Shown here piece after piece: positions 34,187 to 36,872 of a stretch of DNA of 36,872 nt. The position numbers were made by a program, and so were the translations under genes. Source of the stretch: a virus. Lineage: Duplodnaviria > Caudoviricetes. Positions within the stretch are counted from its first letter, which is position 1; each line of letters opens with the position of its first letter. The notes beneath the pieces are model-generated. The model had not been told where the DNA came from, did no database searches, and saw only the letters and a program-made list of their open reading frames with translations. The DNA lies in IMG/VR virus record IMGVR_UViG_3300016469_000499, positions 1 through 36,872 of that record; one strand, 5' to 3'.

Positions 34187-36872
34187 TTAATCATCTATAT
34201 CAATTTTACCCTTATCATATAAAGTTTCTTTTATTTCATCCATTAATGATAAGTTTGCTTTTTCTTGCTTCTTTTTTATTTTCATGTCTTTTGGTAACTC
34301 TGGAGGTGGCGATAACTCATACAATGAATCATAAATCAAACCTATTTCATCATTATATTTATTAACAGAACATCCAATATGCAAAGCCATACCAGGCTCT
34401 AATTTCTTTTTTATTTTCTTTAATTTTGAATTAAGATCATCCAAACCATCAGGAAAAATAGTTAAAGAAATTAAATTCTGAGAAGAATCCTCTACCGTTG
34501 CTTTTAACATAGTTTTACCAAAAAACTTACCTTCTTTCTTAATAATAAATTCAAAAGTATCTTTTACTATGCATTTAAATGAAGGTACTTTTGTTTTATT
34601 TTCTAAAGTTTTAATTTGGTTAATTAATATATATTGATTTTGAAAAAATTGTTTATATGCTTTTGATGGCTTACAAACAAAAGATTCTCCTAAATAATGC
34701 AATTCTAAAGCATAAAGTTCTCCTAAATTCCATTCAATATTATCAAAATTATAAATAAATTCTTTTGATTTTACAGAATTTTTCTTTTTCCATGCCGTTA
34801 ATGACTTTCGATAATCAGAGCAACATTGAAATATATTTTTTCTTTTAATATTAAAAGAATCAAAACAACCTACAGCAGCTAACGCCTGTATTGCATTTGC
34901 TCTTGCTTTTGAAGAGTCAACTCTATCCATAAAATCTAAAAATGAATTAAATGGTCTTTTTTCAATAATATCAGCAATTGCATCATCTCCAACAAATTTT
35001 ATTCCTTTAAATCCAGTAATTAAAGAATTGCCATTTAGCTTGTATTCTGTGCTAGAATTATTTATGTCTGGTGGTAAAATATTAACCCCGCATTTTCTTA
35101 ATTCTTGTTTTATTTTTAAAATATTATCTTCTGAATCTGGCGCATTTGATCCAATCTCTTGCATTAAATTTGCAAGCAAAAACTCTACAGGATAATGTGC
35201 TTTTAAATACGCAGTTTCATAAGATATCATTGAATACAAAACAGCATGTGATTTATTAAATGTATAAGAACCTGCACTCTGAATAACAGAATCCCAAATA
35301 AGCTCACCTTCTTCTTTTTTTAATCCATTATTTACCGAACCAGTAATAAATTCCTCTCTCCATTTTTTTACTTTTTCTGGATTCTTACCTTTTTCTTTTG
35401 TTAGCTTTCTAAGCTTATCAGCTTCATCTAAATCCCAACCAGCAACATCTTTTGCTAAAGTCAACAAAGATTCATCATATAGCAAATATCCATAAGTAGC
35501 AGATAATGCTCTTTCTAATGATTTGTGAATTAGTTTTACTTTTTTAGTTTCTAATGCTTTAATATAATCTTCTCTAATGTCTTTAGAAGCAGGTCGAGCT
35601 AATGTTGTAATTGTTGCTAAATCTTCTATTGATTTTGGTTTTATTTTTTTACATAAATCAATAGTACCAGCGCTGGTTCCAAATTGAAAAACTCCAAATG
35701 TATTTCCAGAAGAAATCAAATCATATGTCTTTTGATCATATTCTTCTACATTTATTTCTGGAACCTCTTTATTATTTTCTTTAATAAGCTTTTTTGTTTG
35801 ATCTATAATATCTAAAGTAGATAAGCCAAGAATATCCATCTTAACCAATCCATTTTCTTCAGCTAAGTCTTTATCAAACTCTAAAGCAACAGATTTTTCT
35901 TTATCTATTCTTAATGGAACTATTTCTGATAGCTTTCTTTTTCCAATAACTACTCCTGCTGCATGAGTTCCAAAAGCTCTTGGTTTATTTGATAAGTATT
36001 TGTTTTCAATTAATTTTGGAAACTTTTTTGCATACTCAACAAATAATGGCGCAATTTCTAATGCAGAATTTATAGATGGAACATCAGCTGAAATTGTATC
36101 GGCAATTAAATTACCATACTCTACCGCAGTATCAGAATCTCCTCCAATCTCATATACTCTACAAATATCTCTAACATAAACTTTTGGAGTAAGCTTTATT
36201 AAGTTAGATACATGTGCAACGTTGTCTTTTCCATATTTATTTGCAATATATTCTATTACTTTATGCCTATCTTTTTGAGAAAAGTCTAAATCAATATCTG
36301 CTACTGCCGCTTTCTTTTTGTTATGAAATCTCTCAAAAACTAATCCATATTTAATAGGCTCAGCATCATGAATTCCAAGAATATATGTAACAAGGGAACC
36401 TCCGCAGCTACCTCGTCCTTTACCAACGCTTATTCCTGACTCTTTACAATATCTTACATAATCAGCAACAATCATCATATAGCTAGAAACGCCACAATAG
36501 TCAAAAACATCTAGTTCTGTTTCAATTCTATCTAAATAAGTCTTGTCATTTATTTTATCTTTAATTCTAGTTTCTGCAAATTTAAATGTTTTAAATCTTA
36601 TAAATTGAACGTCTTCTTTTTTAGATAAAATATTTTCTGATTGATTCTTTTTCCATTCTAAAAATTCAGGATATAAAATATCTTCTTTTATGTTGTATTC
36701 AGGAAGTTCTTTTCCTGATGGATTTGAATATTTTGGAAGAACCCAATCAGGAATTTCACATTTATTATTTACCTCTACAGTATTTTCAATTATTTCTTTG
36801 CTAAACTCTTCTCCATAATTACGAGAGAAAAATTCAAAAATTTCTTGTTCTGAATGCAAATAAAAATTATTT
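34187..36872 (-). CDS. dnaE: DNA polymerase III alpha subunit (family C), 5' part beyond the window
   Basis: GKGRGSCGGSL, FERF, DIDLDF, HAAGVV, KMDILGL, GVFQF, FNKSH, YLKAHYP, LPPDIN, C-terminal OB fold. The frame is open to the window edge. Confidence 0.97.
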   Translation of the reverse strand, partial: NNFYLHSEQEIFEFFSRNYGEEFSKEIIENTVEVNNKCEIPDWVLPKYSNPSGKELPEYNIKEDILYPEFLEWKKNQSENILSKKEDVQFIRFKTFKFAETRIKDKINDKTYLDRIETELDVFDYCGVSSYMMIVADYVRYCKESGISVGKGRGSCGGSLVTYILGIHDAEPIKYGLVFERFHNKKKAAVADIDLDFSQKDRHKVIEYIANKYGKDNVAHVSNLIKLTPKVYVRDICRVYEIGGDSDTAVEYGNLIADTISADVPSINSALEIAPLFVEYAKKFPKLIENKYLSNKPRAFGTHAAGVVIGKRKLSEIVPLRIDKEKSVALEFDKDLAEENGLVKMDILGLSTLDIIDQTKKLIKENNKEVPEINVEEYDQKTYDLISSGNTFGVFQFGTSAGTIDLCKKIKPKSIEDLATITTLARPASKDIREDYIKALETKKVKLIHKSLERALSATYGYLLYDESLLTLAKDVAGWDLDEADKLRKLTKEKGKNPEKVKKWREEFITGSVNNGLKKEEGELIWDSVIQSAGSYTFNKSHAVLYSMISYETAYLKAHYPVEFLLANLMQEIGSNAPDSEDNILKIKQELRKCGVNILPPDINNSSTEYKLNGNSLITGFKGIKFVGDDAIADIIEKRPFNSFLDFMDRVDSSKARANAIQALAAVGCFDSFNIKRKNIFQCCSDYRKSLTAWKKKNSVKSKEFIYNFDNIEWNLGELYALELHYLGESFVCKPSKAYKQFFQNQYILINQIKTLENKTKVPSFKCIVKDTFEFIIKKEGKFFGKTMLKATVEDSSQNLISLTIFPDGLDDLNSKLKKIKKKLEPGMALHIGCSVNKYNDEIGLIYDSLYELSPPPELPKDMKIKKKQEKANLSLMDEIKETLYDKGKIDIDD

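Noticed and set aside
36857-36872. DnaE starting at TTG 36859, or a PHP-less/split DnaE
   Set aside because: The frame is open to the edge; the missing N-terminus is most simply window truncation.
1-36872. Stop-codon reassignment, tRNA/rRNA genes, group I introns
   Set aside because: Genes are full length and tightly packed under the standard code, gaps are too short or lack cloverleaf motifs, and neither free-standing endonuclease interrupts a gene.

Overview
Very AT-rich (roughly a quarter GC by eye), gene-dense segment of a large tailed-phage genome, translated with the standard code and almost all on the minus strand. The left part (1-26.3 kb) is a head morphogenesis and virion block. 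It includes a >1000-aa prohead protease/scaffold gene that the ORF track missed because it runs off the left edge, a portal, a lambda-GpA-like terminase large subunit, an SLT lytic transglycosylase, a Cys-based phosphatase, a truncated CCA/poly(A)-type nucleotidyltransferase and many orphan proteins. Protease, portal and terminase each carry an intein. The right part (26.3-36.9 kb) is a replication/recombination block: sigma70-region-4 HTH protein, GIY-YIG endonuclease, DnaG lacking its zinc domain, DnaJ, RuvC, gp32-like SSB, RecA, a UvsY-like protein and DnaE (truncated by the right edge). Near the boundary, in the longest intergenic gap, is a phased array of five TCTAGA-N-TCTAGA dyads. Main unexplained signals: a recurring K-x-A/S motif ending short N-terminal leaders of virion-block proteins (candidate protease cleavage/packaging code), a nested scaffold start with a 67-aa duplicated module, the dyad array, a head-to-head paralog pair, and leaderless sigma70-type promoters. 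All calls come from motif reading; no searches were run.
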